A stretch of 64,000 bases of DNA from Myxococcales bacterium (GCA_047601445.1 JASGJH010000001.1:2816001-2880000), one strand, 5' to 3'. Shown: positions 1-10,246, counted from the stretch's first letter. Notes: generated by a model not told the origin, from the letters alone. Numbers and translations are program-made.

Positions 1-144
1 CTTGGCCTCGAGTCGTTCGACGCGCTTCATGTCGAGCTCGGTGGCAAGCGCCTCTTGGTATTCGCAGACGGCGGCGAGATGGTGGGCCTGATGATGTCGG
101 CGGGCCCGGCCGTGAACGAACTGCGTCATCAACTCGGAGTGTGA
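1..144 (+). CDS. 3' end of a CDS truncated by the window edge (possibly roadblock-like)
   Basis: Open frame 1 LGLESFDALHVELGGKRLLVFADGGEMVGLMM...QLGV, TGA at 142-144, 9 bp before the next ATG. Confidence 0.6.
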   Translation, partial: LGLESFDALHVELGGKRLLVFADGGEMVGLMMSAGPAVNELRHQLGV

Positions 145-153
145 GCGGCGGCC

Positions 154-951
154 ATGCAGACGACCCTGGCGACCCTGCGCGACATCGAAGGAGTACTCGG
201 CAGTTTCCTGATCGACGAGGGCGGCCAGCTGATGGCCCGCGACATGCCCGGAGTGTTCGACGACGCGACCTTGAACTCCGCGAGTCTGCGCCTCTCGCGC
301 CTGCGCGGAGCGCTCGAAAGCGAGAGCCCGAGCTTCGGTGGCTGCGTGGCGCGCTTCGGCGAGCACTTGCTGGTGGTGCGACCCGTGGCCAAGCGCCTCC
401 TTTGCGTGCTCGTGCCCAAGGGCGCCAACCTCACGGCCTTGCAGATGGGCACCAACCTGGTCACGCGCCGCCTCGCCCAGGAAACCGCTCAGACCTTCGA
501 TATTCCGCCCTACCAGCCGGGACAGACGCTCCCCCCGATGCCGGCGCCGAGCGCGCCGGTGCCGACCCCGACCGCCACGCTGCCCCGTGCTTCCGTGCCA
601 GCGAGTGCCCTGCCGCTCGCGGTCTCACCTTCCTCGGCCCCTGCAGTGGCCACCTTGTCGGGTATCGCCCCGGCCCCCGCCCTGGTCCCCATGATTCCCC
701 CCGGCTCGCCCTCCATGCGTGCGCCCATGGCCCCCATTGGCAGCGAACCCACGCCGGCCCCCATGGCGCCCATCGGCGCCAGCGCCAAGGTCGCGCCACC
801 GCCGGTCCCCAGCAGTGCCCTGCCGACCCCGACCAAGGTCGCCTCGGCCGAAGCCCCCGAACGCCCGCGGCCGTCGACGCCCCCCCTCGTCGACCCTCAT
901 CCCACCCGTCCACTTCCCAAGCGCTTCTTCCGCGGCCGCCCGGTCCCCTGA
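154..951 (+). CDS. Roadblock/LC7 (MglB-like) domain protein with Pro/Ala-rich tail
   Basis: N-terminal LATLRDIEGVLGSFLIDEGGQLMARD fits the roadblock fold; long low-complexity linker; terminal KRFFRGRPV. Confidence 0.7.
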   Translation: MQTTLATLRDIEGVLGSFLIDEGGQLMARDMPGVFDDATLNSASLRLSRLRGALESESPSFGGCVARFGEHLLVVRPVAKRLLCVLVPKGANLTALQMGTNLVTRRLAQETAQTFDIPPYQPGQTLPPMPAPSAPVPTPTATLPRASVPASALPLAVSPSSAPAVATLSGIAPAPALVPMIPPGSPSMRAPMAPIGSEPTPAPMAPIGASAKVAPPPVPSSALPTPTKVASAEAPERPRPSTPPLVDPHPTRPLPKRFFRGRPVP

Positions 952-1116
952 GCCAGCTCCCCCACCTCCCAACCACCGTACTCGTCCTCGTGAGACGTAG
1001 TCGTGCGCGTGCGCGTCGCCGGCCCCCCGCGTGCGCATCCCCATCCCTCGCCGCTGCTCTCCAATAGAACACGGCGACAAGTGACGAACCCGCCCAACTG
1101 ACTACCATGCAGACCC

Positions 1117-1962
1117 ATGAAGCCAGGCCGTGGCAGTCGAACCGCCGTGATGGTGTGCAGCTGGCGTGCCGTCGCGCACGCAACCAGTGAGCTCAAGCGC
1201 TTCTCGGACCCCACCGCGCTCCCGCTCCTGCCGCCTCGGGCCGCGGCCCGCACCAGGCGCCTCATCGCCGACCAGGGACCGCACACGCTGCGGGAGCGCT
1301 TCAGCCGACCGTTCCTGGAGAAGCGGGTGCAGATGATGGTGGCGCGCACCGTCGCCATCGACGACGCCATCCGAGAGCTCGACTCGCCCCAGCTGGTGAT
1401 CCTCGGCGCAGGACTCGACGGCCGCGCCTACCGCATGCCCGAGCTCGCGAGCACGGTGGTGTTCGAAGTGGATCATCCGGACTCCCAGCGCGAGAAGCGA
1501 GACCGCGTCAGCGGGTTGTCCCAGCGGGCCAAGGAGGTTCGCTTCGTGGCGGTCGACTTCGCCCACGACTCGCTCGAGCAGGCTCTGCAGGCGGCGGGTC
1601 ACGATCCCGCGCGGCCGACCACGTGGATCTGGGAAGGCGTGGTGATGTACCTGACGACGGCCCAGGTCGAATCCAGCCTGCGCGTAATCGCCGCGCGCTC
1701 GGCCCCGAAGAGTCGACTGGTGGTCCTCTATCACAGCCCAGCCTGGATCCTGCACGTGGTGGGGTTCCTCGTACGCCGTTTGGGCGAGCCGCTGCGCTCT
1801 AGCTTCGAGCCCGAAGCCATGCGGGCCCTGCTGGCGAAGTACGGTTTCGTGGTGTTCCGTGATCAGGACTTGTCGGAGATCGGTGACAGCCTGTCCAGGG
1901 AAGTCGGAGAAGCGACGCGCATGATGCGGCATACCCGGATCGTCACCGGCGACCGCCCCTGA
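1117..1962 (+). CDS. Class I SAM-dependent methyltransferase (leucine carboxyl methyltransferase-like family)
   Basis: Motifs ARTVAID, QLVILGAGLDGRAYR, FEVDHP, WIWEGVVMYL. Confidence 0.9.
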   Translation: MKPGRGSRTAVMVCSWRAVAHATSELKRFSDPTALPLLPPRAAARTRRLIADQGPHTLRERFSRPFLEKRVQMMVARTVAIDDAIRELDSPQLVILGAGLDGRAYRMPELASTVVFEVDHPDSQREKRDRVSGLSQRAKEVRFVAVDFAHDSLEQALQAAGHDPARPTTWIWEGVVMYLTTAQVESSLRVIAARSAPKSRLVVLYHSPAWILHVVGFLVRRLGEPLRSSFEPEAMRALLAKYGFVVFRDQDLSEIGDSLSREVGEATRMMRHTRIVTGDRP

Positions 1963-2080
1963 CGTGCGCTGACGGCGGCCTCCCACCGCGCCGCGTGGTC
2001 TCGCCCACAGCTACGCTCGTGAAAAGCGCGTGCCCCCTGTCGAATGGCCGCGTGCGCCATTTCCAGGCGGGTAACCCGAT

Positions 2081-3973
2081 GTGGTAGAATCGGGCGCTTT
2101 GCGCACCACCCCAGCGTTCATTGTCCTCGTAGCTCTCTTCCTTCTGTCCACCTCGCGTAGCGCCGAGGCCCAAGCACAGGGTTTTGCCCTCGACCGCTTC
2201 CGGCCCGCGCCCACCACCGAGGATGGTCTGGCCCTGACCATGCCTCGCACGCTCGGTCACCTGCGACCGGGCGCAATGCTGACGCTCGACTACGCACACC
2301 AGCCGCTGGTGCTCTCGAAGCTCAACGCCAACCCGGAAGGCTCCATTGTGAAGCACGAGCTGGTGGCCCACGCGATGTTGGCTTTGGGTCTCGGCGATCG
2401 CTACGAGGTCTTCGCCTACGCGCCCATCACGCTGGTGCAGACCGGCAACGACCCGAGCATCGGCGGCATCAGCTTCCCGGACCCGAGCAAGGCGGCCTTT
2501 GGCGACATCACGCTGGGCGGCACCGTGCGTCTCTGGGGCGACGACCTGGGTCCGCTTCAGCTGGGTCTGCAGGCGGGCGTGACACTGCCGAGCGGTAGCG
2601 TGAAAGCCCTGAGCGGCGACGACGGCGTGGGCGCCGACGGGCGTCTGACGTTTGCCTATCACGTGAAGGACTGGAGCTTCGCGGCCAATGCGGGCGCTCG
2701 CTATCGCCCCACGGCCAACTACGGCACGGCGCGCGTGGGCAGCGAGTTCCTGTTCGGCGCGGGCGCCTACTGGCGAGCCACCGAGAACGTCACCACGCAG
2801 GCCGAGTGGTACGGCGCATCCACCTTCCGCGACGGGCAGTTCGGCACCAGCCCGGGCACCGCCAGCGAACTTCTCTTCGGAGCGCGTTGGAGCACGCCCA
2901 TCAAGGTCGTCGTGGGTGGCGGCGTGGGCGTAGGCCTCACGCAGATCGTGGGCCAGCCCGACGCGCGTGTGCTGTTCTCGCTGGGCTATCCGCCGCCGAG
3001 ACCGCCGCTGGCCCCGCCCGATCGCGACAAGGACGGCATCCTCGACGACGTCGACGGCTGCCCCGACATCCCGGAGGACGTCGACGAATTCCAGGACCAA
3101 GACGGCTGTCCCGATCCGGACAACGATCAAGACGGCGTGGCCGACGTGAACGACGCCTGCCCGATGGTCGCCGAGGACATCGACGGCTTCGAGGACGCTG
3201 ACGGCTGCCCCGAGACCGACAACGACAAGGACGGCATCCTCGACGCGAAGGACAAGTGCCCGAACAACGCCGAGGACATGGACGGCTTTGCCGACGAGGA
3301 TGGCTGCCCCGACCTGGACAACGATCAGGACGGCCTGCGCGACACGCAGGACAAGTGCCCCATCGAGCCGGAGGATCATGACGGCTTCGAAGACGAGGAC
3401 GGCTGCCCCGATCCGGACAACGACAAGGACGGCATCCTCGACGGCGACGACAACTGCCCCACGGTGCCCGGACCCGCCCACACCAAGGGCTGCCCGAGCG
3501 CGGTCCGCATCGACCGCACCCAGATCCGCATCCTGCAGCGCATCGAGTTCGAGACGAACCGCGCGGAGATTCGACCGGAGTCGCTCGGCATCATCGACCA
3601 GGTTCGCAGCGCGCTCGAGGTGAACCCGCAGCTGCGCAAGATCCGCATCGAGGGCCACACCGACAATCGCGGCAGCAACGAGAAGAACCTCAAGCTGTCG
3701 CAGCGCCGCGCCGAGAGCGTGATGAACTACTTGATCGCCGAGGGCATCAACCCCGAACGCCTCGAGGCCAAGGGCTGGGGCGAGGAACACCCGCTCGTGC
3801 CCAACGACAGTCCCGAAAACATGCAGACCAACCGCCGCGTGGAGTTCCACATCGTGGATCCGGCCCCACCCGCAGAAGGCGAGCAAGACTCGAGCAGCGC
3901 GCCGGCTGCGCCGAGTGGTGAGAGCAAGAGCAAGCCGGCAGGAGACTCGATGGATCTGGGAGGTGACCTGTGA
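2081..3973 (+). CDS. OmpA-family outer-membrane protein: N-terminal beta-barrel, thrombospondin type-3 repeats, C-terminal OmpA domain (TraB-like architecture)
   Basis: Signal peptide (AEAQA); about five DxDxDGIxDxxDxCP...DGCPD units; IEGHTDNRG, LSQRRAESV, NRRVEF. Confidence 0.88.
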   Translation: MVESGALRTTPAFIVLVALFLLSTSRSAEAQAQGFALDRFRPAPTTEDGLALTMPRTLGHLRPGAMLTLDYAHQPLVLSKLNANPEGSIVKHELVAHAMLALGLGDRYEVFAYAPITLVQTGNDPSIGGISFPDPSKAAFGDITLGGTVRLWGDDLGPLQLGLQAGVTLPSGSVKALSGDDGVGADGRLTFAYHVKDWSFAANAGARYRPTANYGTARVGSEFLFGAGAYWRATENVTTQAEWYGASTFRDGQFGTSPGTASELLFGARWSTPIKVVVGGGVGVGLTQIVGQPDARVLFSLGYPPPRPPLAPPDRDKDGILDDVDGCPDIPEDVDEFQDQDGCPDPDNDQDGVADVNDACPMVAEDIDGFEDADGCPETDNDKDGILDAKDKCPNNAEDMDGFADEDGCPDLDNDQDGLRDTQDKCPIEPEDHDGFEDEDGCPDPDNDKDGILDGDDNCPTVPGPAHTKGCPSAVRIDRTQIRILQRIEFETNRAEIRPESLGIIDQVRSALEVNPQLRKIRIEGHTDNRGSNEKNLKLSQRRAESVMNYLIAEGINPERLEAKGWGEEHPLVPNDSPENMQTNRRVEFHIVDPAPPAEGEQDSSSAPAAPSGESKSKPAGDSMDLGGDL

Positions 3974-6069
3974 AGAAGCATGCCTTGTTCGTTTGGGCTC
4001 TCCTCGCGGGTCTGTGCTGGTCGGCGCAAGTCGACGCGCAGCAGGTGTTCACCAAGCGCACCATCGGCTTCGAGACGGCCGGCTGCGGGAACACCGCGCT
4101 GACCTTTCCGGAGAGCGACATCATCTTCGCCAACTATCAGGCGATGCCGAGCGACTCCTTCGTGGCCTGCGGCATCTCGTCCATCACGAGTACCTCTGAC
4201 GGCGTCACCGTCGGCAAGCAGCGCTACGTCGACCCGACCGGCAACATCGCCGGCATGACGGGCAACGTCGTGATGGCAGGCGCGCTGGACCTGAACCTGC
4301 CGCTGACCCAGACCGAGACCACCATCACCTTCTCACCGGCTGTGAACGAGCTGTCCTTCGACGTGCTCGATCTGGACAACAAGACAGGTCTCAAGGTGAC
4401 CTTGAACGGCGCCTCGGGCCCCATCGGGTCGCCACTGACGCCCATGGCCGACGCCAACGGCATCGTGCACTTCTCCACGGTATCCACCACGCCCATCACC
4501 AACGTGGTGATCTCGTACACGCCCTCGAACATCCTCGGCGACGGCTGGTTCATCGACCAGCTCACCTACAACGCATGGCACTGCGGCGACGGCGAGAAGG
4601 AGAGCACCAACGGGGCCACCGAGCAGTGCGACGATGGCAACGCGGTGGTGTGCGATCTCTGCGGCACCGACTGCAAGACCACCATCAACGGCTGCCTCGC
4701 CGGGGTGACCTGCGTGGCCAACAACGCCTTCGTGGACAGCACCATGTGCGCCCAGTGCATTCTGCCGGCGGGAGCGCGCACCACCGAGGTGCTCCCCACC
4801 AACGCCGGCATGATCCAGGCCTGCAGCACCAACACCTTCTGCAATGTCTCCGAGACCTGCAACGGCCAGGGCGCCTGCGTGGGCACGCCGCGCGATTGCT
4901 CGGATACCATCGACTGCACCGATGACTCCTGCGTGGAAGCCCAGGACACCTGCAAGCACGACATCAAGCAGGGCTCATGCCTCATCGACGGCACCTGCTT
5001 CACCAATGGCGAGACCAACATCGACGATCCCTGCGAGCGCTGCGATCGCTCCAAGGCCAACAACGGCTGGAGCCTCAAGCCGAGCGGCACCCGCTGCGGT
5101 GATCCCAGCTGCACCAGCGGCGTGCTCACGCCCTTCCCCCAGTGCTCGGCGGCGGGCTCCTGCGATGCGCAAGCCCCCGTGTCCTGCGACGGCGCCGTGT
5201 GCGCCGACAGCATCTCGTGCAACGGCGCGTGCACGGGCGACAAGGACTGCGTGGCGAACACCCATTGCGACCAGGGCGTGTGCGTCCCGGACGTGCCCAA
5301 CGGCGAGCCTTGCGACCGCGCCACCGAGTGCACCAGCAACTTCTGCGTCGACGGCGTGTGCTGCAACAGTGTCTGCAATGGCGCCTGCTTGAGCTGCGAC
5401 CTCGACGGCCACGTCGGCACGTGCAGCCCGAACGCGGCCGGCACCGATCCGGACATGGACTGCCCGGACGCCCAGTTCTGCGGCGGCAACGGCAAGTGCG
5501 TGGGCGAGAATCGGCCCAATGGCTCGGACTGCGACGGCCCCGAGGTCTGCGAGAGCGGCTTCTGCGCTGACGGCGTGTGTTGCAACGCGGCCTGTGATCG
5601 CTCCTGCGAATCCTGCGACCTGGCCGATCACATCGGTGAGTGCACGCCGTATCTGGCGGGCACGGATCCCGAGATGGAGTGCCCGAACGCGCAGCTCTGC
5701 GCGGCGCCCGGCGTGTGCGCGCCCGAGAATCGCCCGAACGGCAGCGAGTGCAGCGAGGACGCCCTGTGCGCCAGCGGTCACTGCGCCGACGGCGTGTGCT
5801 GCGAGAGTGCCTGCGATGGCGTATGCGAAGCCTGCAACATGGCCGAGCAGGCTGGCATGTGCGTGCCCTTCGCGGCGGGCACCGACCCGGCCAACGAGTG
5901 CAGCGGCGACGCAGTGTGCAGCGGCGAGCGCGCCTGCGTGAGCTACGAGACGCGCGGCAACGGCCTATGCAGCATGAACCCGGGGCGTGCCAGCTCGGGA
6001 GCGCTCCTCGCCGGGTTGTTCGGGTTGGCGGCGCTGCTGACGGCGCGCCGGCGTTCGAAGCGGGCATAA
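3970..6069 (+). CDS. Cys-rich repeat cell-surface protein with MYXO-CTERM-like sorting tail
   Basis: Signal peptide; Cys-poor N-terminal beta domain; CGDG..EQCDDGN; three C.S..C.DGVCC..AC repeats; tail GNGLCSM...LLAGLFGLAALLTARRR; GTG start overlaps the upstream TGA. Confidence 0.8.
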   Translation: MKKHALFVWALLAGLCWSAQVDAQQVFTKRTIGFETAGCGNTALTFPESDIIFANYQAMPSDSFVACGISSITSTSDGVTVGKQRYVDPTGNIAGMTGNVVMAGALDLNLPLTQTETTITFSPAVNELSFDVLDLDNKTGLKVTLNGASGPIGSPLTPMADANGIVHFSTVSTTPITNVVISYTPSNILGDGWFIDQLTYNAWHCGDGEKESTNGATEQCDDGNAVVCDLCGTDCKTTINGCLAGVTCVANNAFVDSTMCAQCILPAGARTTEVLPTNAGMIQACSTNTFCNVSETCNGQGACVGTPRDCSDTIDCTDDSCVEAQDTCKHDIKQGSCLIDGTCFTNGETNIDDPCERCDRSKANNGWSLKPSGTRCGDPSCTSGVLTPFPQCSAAGSCDAQAPVSCDGAVCADSISCNGACTGDKDCVANTHCDQGVCVPDVPNGEPCDRATECTSNFCVDGVCCNSVCNGACLSCDLDGHVGTCSPNAAGTDPDMDCPDAQFCGGNGKCVGENRPNGSDCDGPEVCESGFCADGVCCNAACDRSCESCDLADHIGECTPYLAGTDPEMECPNAQLCAAPGVCAPENRPNGSECSEDALCASGHCADGVCCESACDGVCEACNMAEQAGMCVPFAAGTDPANECSGDAVCSGERACVSYETRGNGLCSMNPGRASSGALLAGLFGLAALLTARRRSKRA

Positions 6070-6095
6070 CGGCGCGCCAGCGGCGCCCGGCGTGC

Positions 6096-7607
6096 TCAGG
6101 GCGCGAGCTTCACGAGCGCAGGTCCGTTCTCCAGACTGACGCCCGCCAAGCTCGTGGCAACGGAAACGCTCGCCACACCGAGCCAACCGTCGCTGCCGTG
6201 CTCTGCGACCACACTCGTCAAGAAGAGCCCGCTCTGCACCCAGCGGATGCTGCCGTCGGTCTTGGCATCGGCCACGCCAAAGATGAGCTCGCTGCTCGCC
6301 ACCGGCAGGCCTTCGGCGAGCGGCCCCATCGTGGCGTGCTGGCCCTGGAAGAATACGGTGTGAGCCGCGGGATGCAGGGCCACCACGTCGAGCGTGACGT
6401 CGCCGTAGCTGCGGCTCCAGAGTGGAGTGCCGTCGCCGTCGAGCCGCGTGAGGTGAGTCTGGTAGCCATCGTCGCAAGGCAAGTAGTGCTTCTTGCCGAG
6501 TTCGATCAGGCCGTTCATGGAATTCTTCTGCGGCATGTTGCCCGTGAGCAGCAGCGCGCCGTCGCTGTCGAAGCCGAGCATGTCGGGATAGGCACGCAGG
6601 AACGCGGTCTGCCACTGGAGCTCTCCCGCGGGATTGAACTTCACCACGAAGCCACCGCCCGCGCCGGCATCCACCGCGAAGGGCCCCTTGCCGAAGTTCG
6701 GGTCCATGCCGAAAGGAAAGCCCGTGATCGCGACGTTACCCTGCGCGTCCACCGACATGGCGCCCTCGTAGACCGACATCGGCGTGGAGCTCACGCAGCG
6801 CGCCTGTTGGGGACTGCCGTTGCCGTCGAACTTGCCGAAGACGAGCCCGCAATCGTAGCTCACGGCGCCGATCTGCACCTTGGTGCCCCACAGCAAGAGC
6901 AGCGGATTGCCCTGCGGATCCACCTCGAGCTGCCAACCGCGCACTTCCTCCCCCATCCCCGTGGCCACCTGTTTGCTCCACAGCACACTGCCAGCGGCGT
7001 CGATAGCCGCCAGCACGACCTGGGACTTGGTGTCGTCGAGGGTAAGCGCGGGCTGCGTGCCCACCTGAAGACTGCCGTTCACGCCCAGCAGGACGAACAC
7101 ACCGCCCGCCGCACGCGCACGGACGGACACCTGCGCACCGTAGGCCTGGCTCGAGGCTTCGCTGCGCCCGAGGGAGACGACCCAGGACGTCTGACCTCCG
7201 GCGTCCAGCTTGGCCACCCCTCCGCGCACCACGAGCGGATTGCCCGGTGCGGGCAAGCTCTTCCCGAGCAGCTCGCTCATCGGTCCCCCCATCACTGCGG
7301 CGTAGCTGCCGTCGACCGTGCTCGCCACGACCGAGGCGTAGGCCGTCTGCGGCAGGCCGCGCGCCCAGGTCACCTTGTCGAGCCCCGACTGCGGGGCGGC
7401 CGCACCGCCCTGGGCGTGGGTCATGCACACGGGCGGCGTCGTGTCCTCTCCCGATCCCCCACCATCTGCGCCGCCATCCGCACCGTTAGGCCCTGAATCC
7501 TCCCCAATTTCCCCTTGGTCCACAGGCCCGTCGTCGGAGCAGCCGACCGCGAAGAGGAGGGACGACGCGATCCACGCGTGGCGCACGATGCTTGGATTCT
7601 TGCTCAT
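6096..7607 (-). CDS. Putative lipoprotein with beta-propeller-like repeats
   Basis: Lipobox-like LFAVGC; acidic DGG linker; repeated [VF]xKxDxxGxxxW units. Confidence 0.7.
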   Translation of the reverse strand: MSKNPSIVRHAWIASSLLFAVGCSDDGPVDQGEIGEDSGPNGADGGADGGGSGEDTTPPVCMTHAQGGAAAPQSGLDKVTWARGLPQTAYASVVASTVDGSYAAVMGGPMSELLGKSLPAPGNPLVVRGGVAKLDAGGQTSWVVSLGRSEASSQAYGAQVSVRARAAGGVFVLLGVNGSLQVGTQPALTLDDTKSQVVLAAIDAAGSVLWSKQVATGMGEEVRGWQLEVDPQGNPLLLLWGTKVQIGAVSYDCGLVFGKFDGNGSPQQARCVSSTPMSVYEGAMSVDAQGNVAITGFPFGMDPNFGKGPFAVDAGAGGGFVVKFNPAGELQWQTAFLRAYPDMLGFDSDGALLLTGNMPQKNSMNGLIELGKKHYLPCDDGYQTHLTRLDGDGTPLWSRSYGDVTLDVVALHPAAHTVFFQGQHATMGPLAEGLPVASSELIFGVADAKTDGSIRWVQSGLFLTSVVAEHGSDGWLGVASVSVATSLAGVSLENGPALVKLAP

Positions 7608-9173
7608 GGAGTGGTGCGGAATTGGACCTTACCGGTGGCATCGAAAGCAAGCTGCTCCTGGGAATTGCGCAGTTTCCGGGCTAACACCTGTCTGGTGTCC
7701 GCCGCTGATCTCCCTACCTCGCTGACTCCTCAACCCTCAGGGCCGGATGGGACTGCGCAACACGAGCCCGAGGGCGCCCTGGCGCGACTTTCCGCGCGCC
7801 TCACCGAGCTGGCCGAGCGCTTCATCCCGGACGCCTTCGTGTTCGCCATGCTCGCCACCTTTCTCGTGATCGTGGCTGCCATCGCGTTCACGCCCGCTGC
7901 CGCGCGCGACGTGGTGCGCATCTGGGGCGACGGCTTCTGGGAGCTCAACGCCTTCACCATGCAGATGGTGCTCATCATCATCACCGGCTACGTGGTCGCC
8001 ACCTCGCCGGTGGCCCAGCGCGTGATCGCACGCATCGCACTGCTGCCGCGCTCCCCGCGCGCCGCGGTGGCCACGGTGGCGCTGTTCAGCATGGCGGCCT
8101 CGTGGATCAACTGGGGCTTCAGCCTGATCTTCGGGGCCATGTTGGCGAAGGAGGTCGCGCGCACCAAGCCGGACGTGGACTATCGCGCGCTCGCCGCCAG
8201 CGCGTTCTTGGGGCTCGGCAGCGTTTGGGCCCAGGGTCTGTCGGGTTCGGCCGCGCTGCAGATGGCCACTGCGAGCTCGCTGCCCGCCGCCATCCGCGAC
8301 ATCGTGTCGAGTCAGGGGCGTGTCCCCGGCGGCGTAATCGGCCTCGAGCACACCATCTTCCTCTGGCAGAGCGTGCTCAGCGTGGCCGTCGAGATCCCGC
8401 TGGTGTGTGCCGTGATGTACTTCGCGACCCCCGTGGGTGCGCGCGCCAAGAGCGCCGCCCAGCTCGGCATCGAGCTGCCTCGCGCCGCGCCCCCACCGAG
8501 CGCACCCGCCAAGAAGACCACGCTCGGCGACTGGCTCGAGCACGCCCGCATCCTCAACCTGGGCTTCGTGGCGCTCGCCGCCGCGTACTTCGTGCACTAC
8601 TTCGCGGACAAGCAGCAGATCCTCGCGGCCATCAACTTCAACCTGATCAATCTGCTCTTTCTGAGTGTGGGCGTGCTCGCGCACGGAACGCCGGCGCGCC
8701 TGATGAAAGCCTTCAAGGAGGCCACACCGGGCGCCTGGGCGGTGATGCTCCAGTATCCGTTCTACGCGGGCATCGCCGCGGTCGTCTCCAAGACCCACCT
8801 CAACTCGTTGATCGCCCACTGGTTCGTGAGCATCTCGAGCGCTCGGAGCTTCCCCGCCCTGATCGCCGTGTACTCCGCCGTACTCGGGGTGCTGGTGCCG
8901 AGCGGCGGCTCCAAGTGGGTCATCGAAGCGCCCTACGTGATGCAGGCCGCCCACGAGCTCAAGGTGCATCTCGGCTGGATGGTGGCCGTGTACGACCTGG
9001 GCGAGGCGCTGGCTAACCTCGTGCAGCCCTTCTGGATGTTGCCGGTGCTGGGCCTGCTCCGCCTGCGCGCGCGCGACGTGATGGGCTACACGTTCCTGGT
9101 GTTCCTGGTGCTGACACCCACGGTGCTTACGCTGGTGACGCTGCTGGGGCCGACCCTGCCCTACCCGCTTTAG
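7515..9173 (+). CDS. Short-chain fatty acid transporter (AtoE family); true start probably downstream of 7515
   Basis: PDAFVFA, WGDGFWELNAFTMQM, QYPFYAGI, VPSGGSKW, NLVQPFWMLPVLGLL; multi-TM. Confidence 0.88.
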   Translation: MVHRPVVGAADREEEGRRDPRVAHDAWILAHGVVRNWTLPVASKASCSWELRSFRANTCLVSAADLPTSLTPQPSGPDGTAQHEPEGALARLSARLTELAERFIPDAFVFAMLATFLVIVAAIAFTPAAARDVVRIWGDGFWELNAFTMQMVLIIITGYVVATSPVAQRVIARIALLPRSPRAAVATVALFSMAASWINWGFSLIFGAMLAKEVARTKPDVDYRALAASAFLGLGSVWAQGLSGSAALQMATASSLPAAIRDIVSSQGRVPGGVIGLEHTIFLWQSVLSVAVEIPLVCAVMYFATPVGARAKSAAQLGIELPRAAPPPSAPAKKTTLGDWLEHARILNLGFVALAAAYFVHYFADKQQILAAINFNLINLLFLSVGVLAHGTPARLMKAFKEATPGAWAVMLQYPFYAGIAAVVSKTHLNSLIAHWFVSISSARSFPALIAVYSAVLGVLVPSGGSKWVIEAPYVMQAAHELKVHLGWMVAVYDLGEALANLVQPFWMLPVLGLLRLRARDVMGYTFLVFLVLTPTVLTLVTLLGPTLPYPL

Positions 9174-9186
9174 TCGCTCGATCCCC

Positions 9187-9304
9187 TTCTCGCTCGCGCG
9201 CCCGAGGGCGCTTTTTCGTTCTGCTCGCGCGCCCGAGGGCGCTTTTTCGTCTTGCTCGCGCGCCCGAGGGCGCTTTTTCGTTCTGCTCGCGCGCCCGAGG
9301 GCGC
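9187..9304 (+). repeat. 31-bp tandem repeat (~3.7 copies), each unit a GC hairpin plus T-tract (terminator-like)
   Basis: gctcgcgcgcccgagggcgc starts at 9192, 9223, 9254, 9285; stem GCGCC-CGAG-GGCGC is followed by TTTTT in the first three units. Confidence 0.9.
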
Positions 9305-9385
9305 GCTTCGACGAGTGCGCTTCCCTACGCAACATTCGGCCTGATACGATCGGCCGCACTGGGCGGGGTAACGGGAGGCTGGGGT

Positions 9386-10246
9386 GTGCGTCGAAGCGGG
9401 CTGATGTGGGTGTGTTTGGTGGGGGCTCTCTGGCTTGGTGTGCCGTCGCTGCTGGCTGCGCAGGACGCCGCGAAGCCCAACACGGCAGCGACTGACGAAG
9501 AGGCGCGCGTGCACTTCCGACTGGGCACCGCCTATTACGACAGCGGGCGCTTCGCCCAGGCGGCCCAGGAATTCCAGCAGGCCTACGACCTCTCCAAGCG
9601 GCCGCAGCTGCTCTACAACCTGTTCCTGGCCTACCGTGACGCTGGCGACATCCGCAACGCCGCCTCCGCGCTGCGCCAGTACCTGGCCGACAACCCGCAG
9701 GTCGAGGAGCGCAGCAAGCTCGAGGCCCGCCTGGCGGCGCTCGAGAAGATCATCGAGGGCCAACCGGCTCCCCAGGCGCAGCCTCAGACCGCGCCCACCG
9801 CGGCGACTGGCCAACCCGCTACGGGCCCGGTGGCTACCGCCGAGCCCACCGCGAGCACGCCTGCGGAGCCCGCGCCCGAGGCTCCCCCCGAAGACAAGCT
9901 CAAGTGGCTGCCCTGGACCCTGATGGGGGCTGGTGGTGCGCTGGTGGTGGCCGGCGTGATCACGGGCGCCATGGCCAAGGGCGACGAGTCCGACCTCGAG
10001 AAGACTTGCCCCAACGACGTGTGCCCCGTCGACCAGATGACGAAAGCCGACGACCTCAAGTCCAGCGGCGCCATGAAAGCGACGCTCAGCGACGCGCTCT
10101 GGATCTCTGGCGCGGTCTCAGCGGGCGTCGGCGTGGCCTTCCTGTTCTGGAAGCCCTGGCTGAAGCGCAAGGAAACCCCGACCAATCCGGTCAACGTCGC
10201 GTGCAGCAGCACCGGCTGCGCCGCCAGCTACACCGGCCGCTTCTAG
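9386..10246 (+). CDS. Exported TPR protein with C-terminal hydrophobic segments
   Basis: Signal peptide; ARVHFRLGTAYYDSGRFAQAAQEFQQAY TPR; Pro/Thr linker; two hydrophobic helices. Confidence 0.75.
   Translation: MRRSGLMWVCLVGALWLGVPSLLAAQDAAKPNTAATDEEARVHFRLGTAYYDSGRFAQAAQEFQQAYDLSKRPQLLYNLFLAYRDAGDIRNAASALRQYLADNPQVEERSKLEARLAALEKIIEGQPAPQAQPQTAPTAATGQPATGPVATAEPTASTPAEPAPEAPPEDKLKWLPWTLMGAGGALVVAGVITGAMAKGDESDLEKTCPNDVCPVDQMTKADDLKSSGAMKATLSDALWISGAVSAGVGVAFLFWKPWLKRKETPTNPVNVACSSTGCAASYTGRF

Noticed and set aside
1943..3886. Long antisense and alternate-frame ORFs (e.g. 1943-3886, 5640-7496, 7737-9359, 21115-22626, 23704-25059, 36090-37514, 57714-58937)
   Set aside because: Shadow ORFs typical of high-GC DNA; they overlap well-supported genes and have Arg/Ala/Gly-rich, motif-free translations
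9187..9304. CRISPR array
   Set aside because: The 31-bp units are contiguous with no unique spacers, and no cas genes are present
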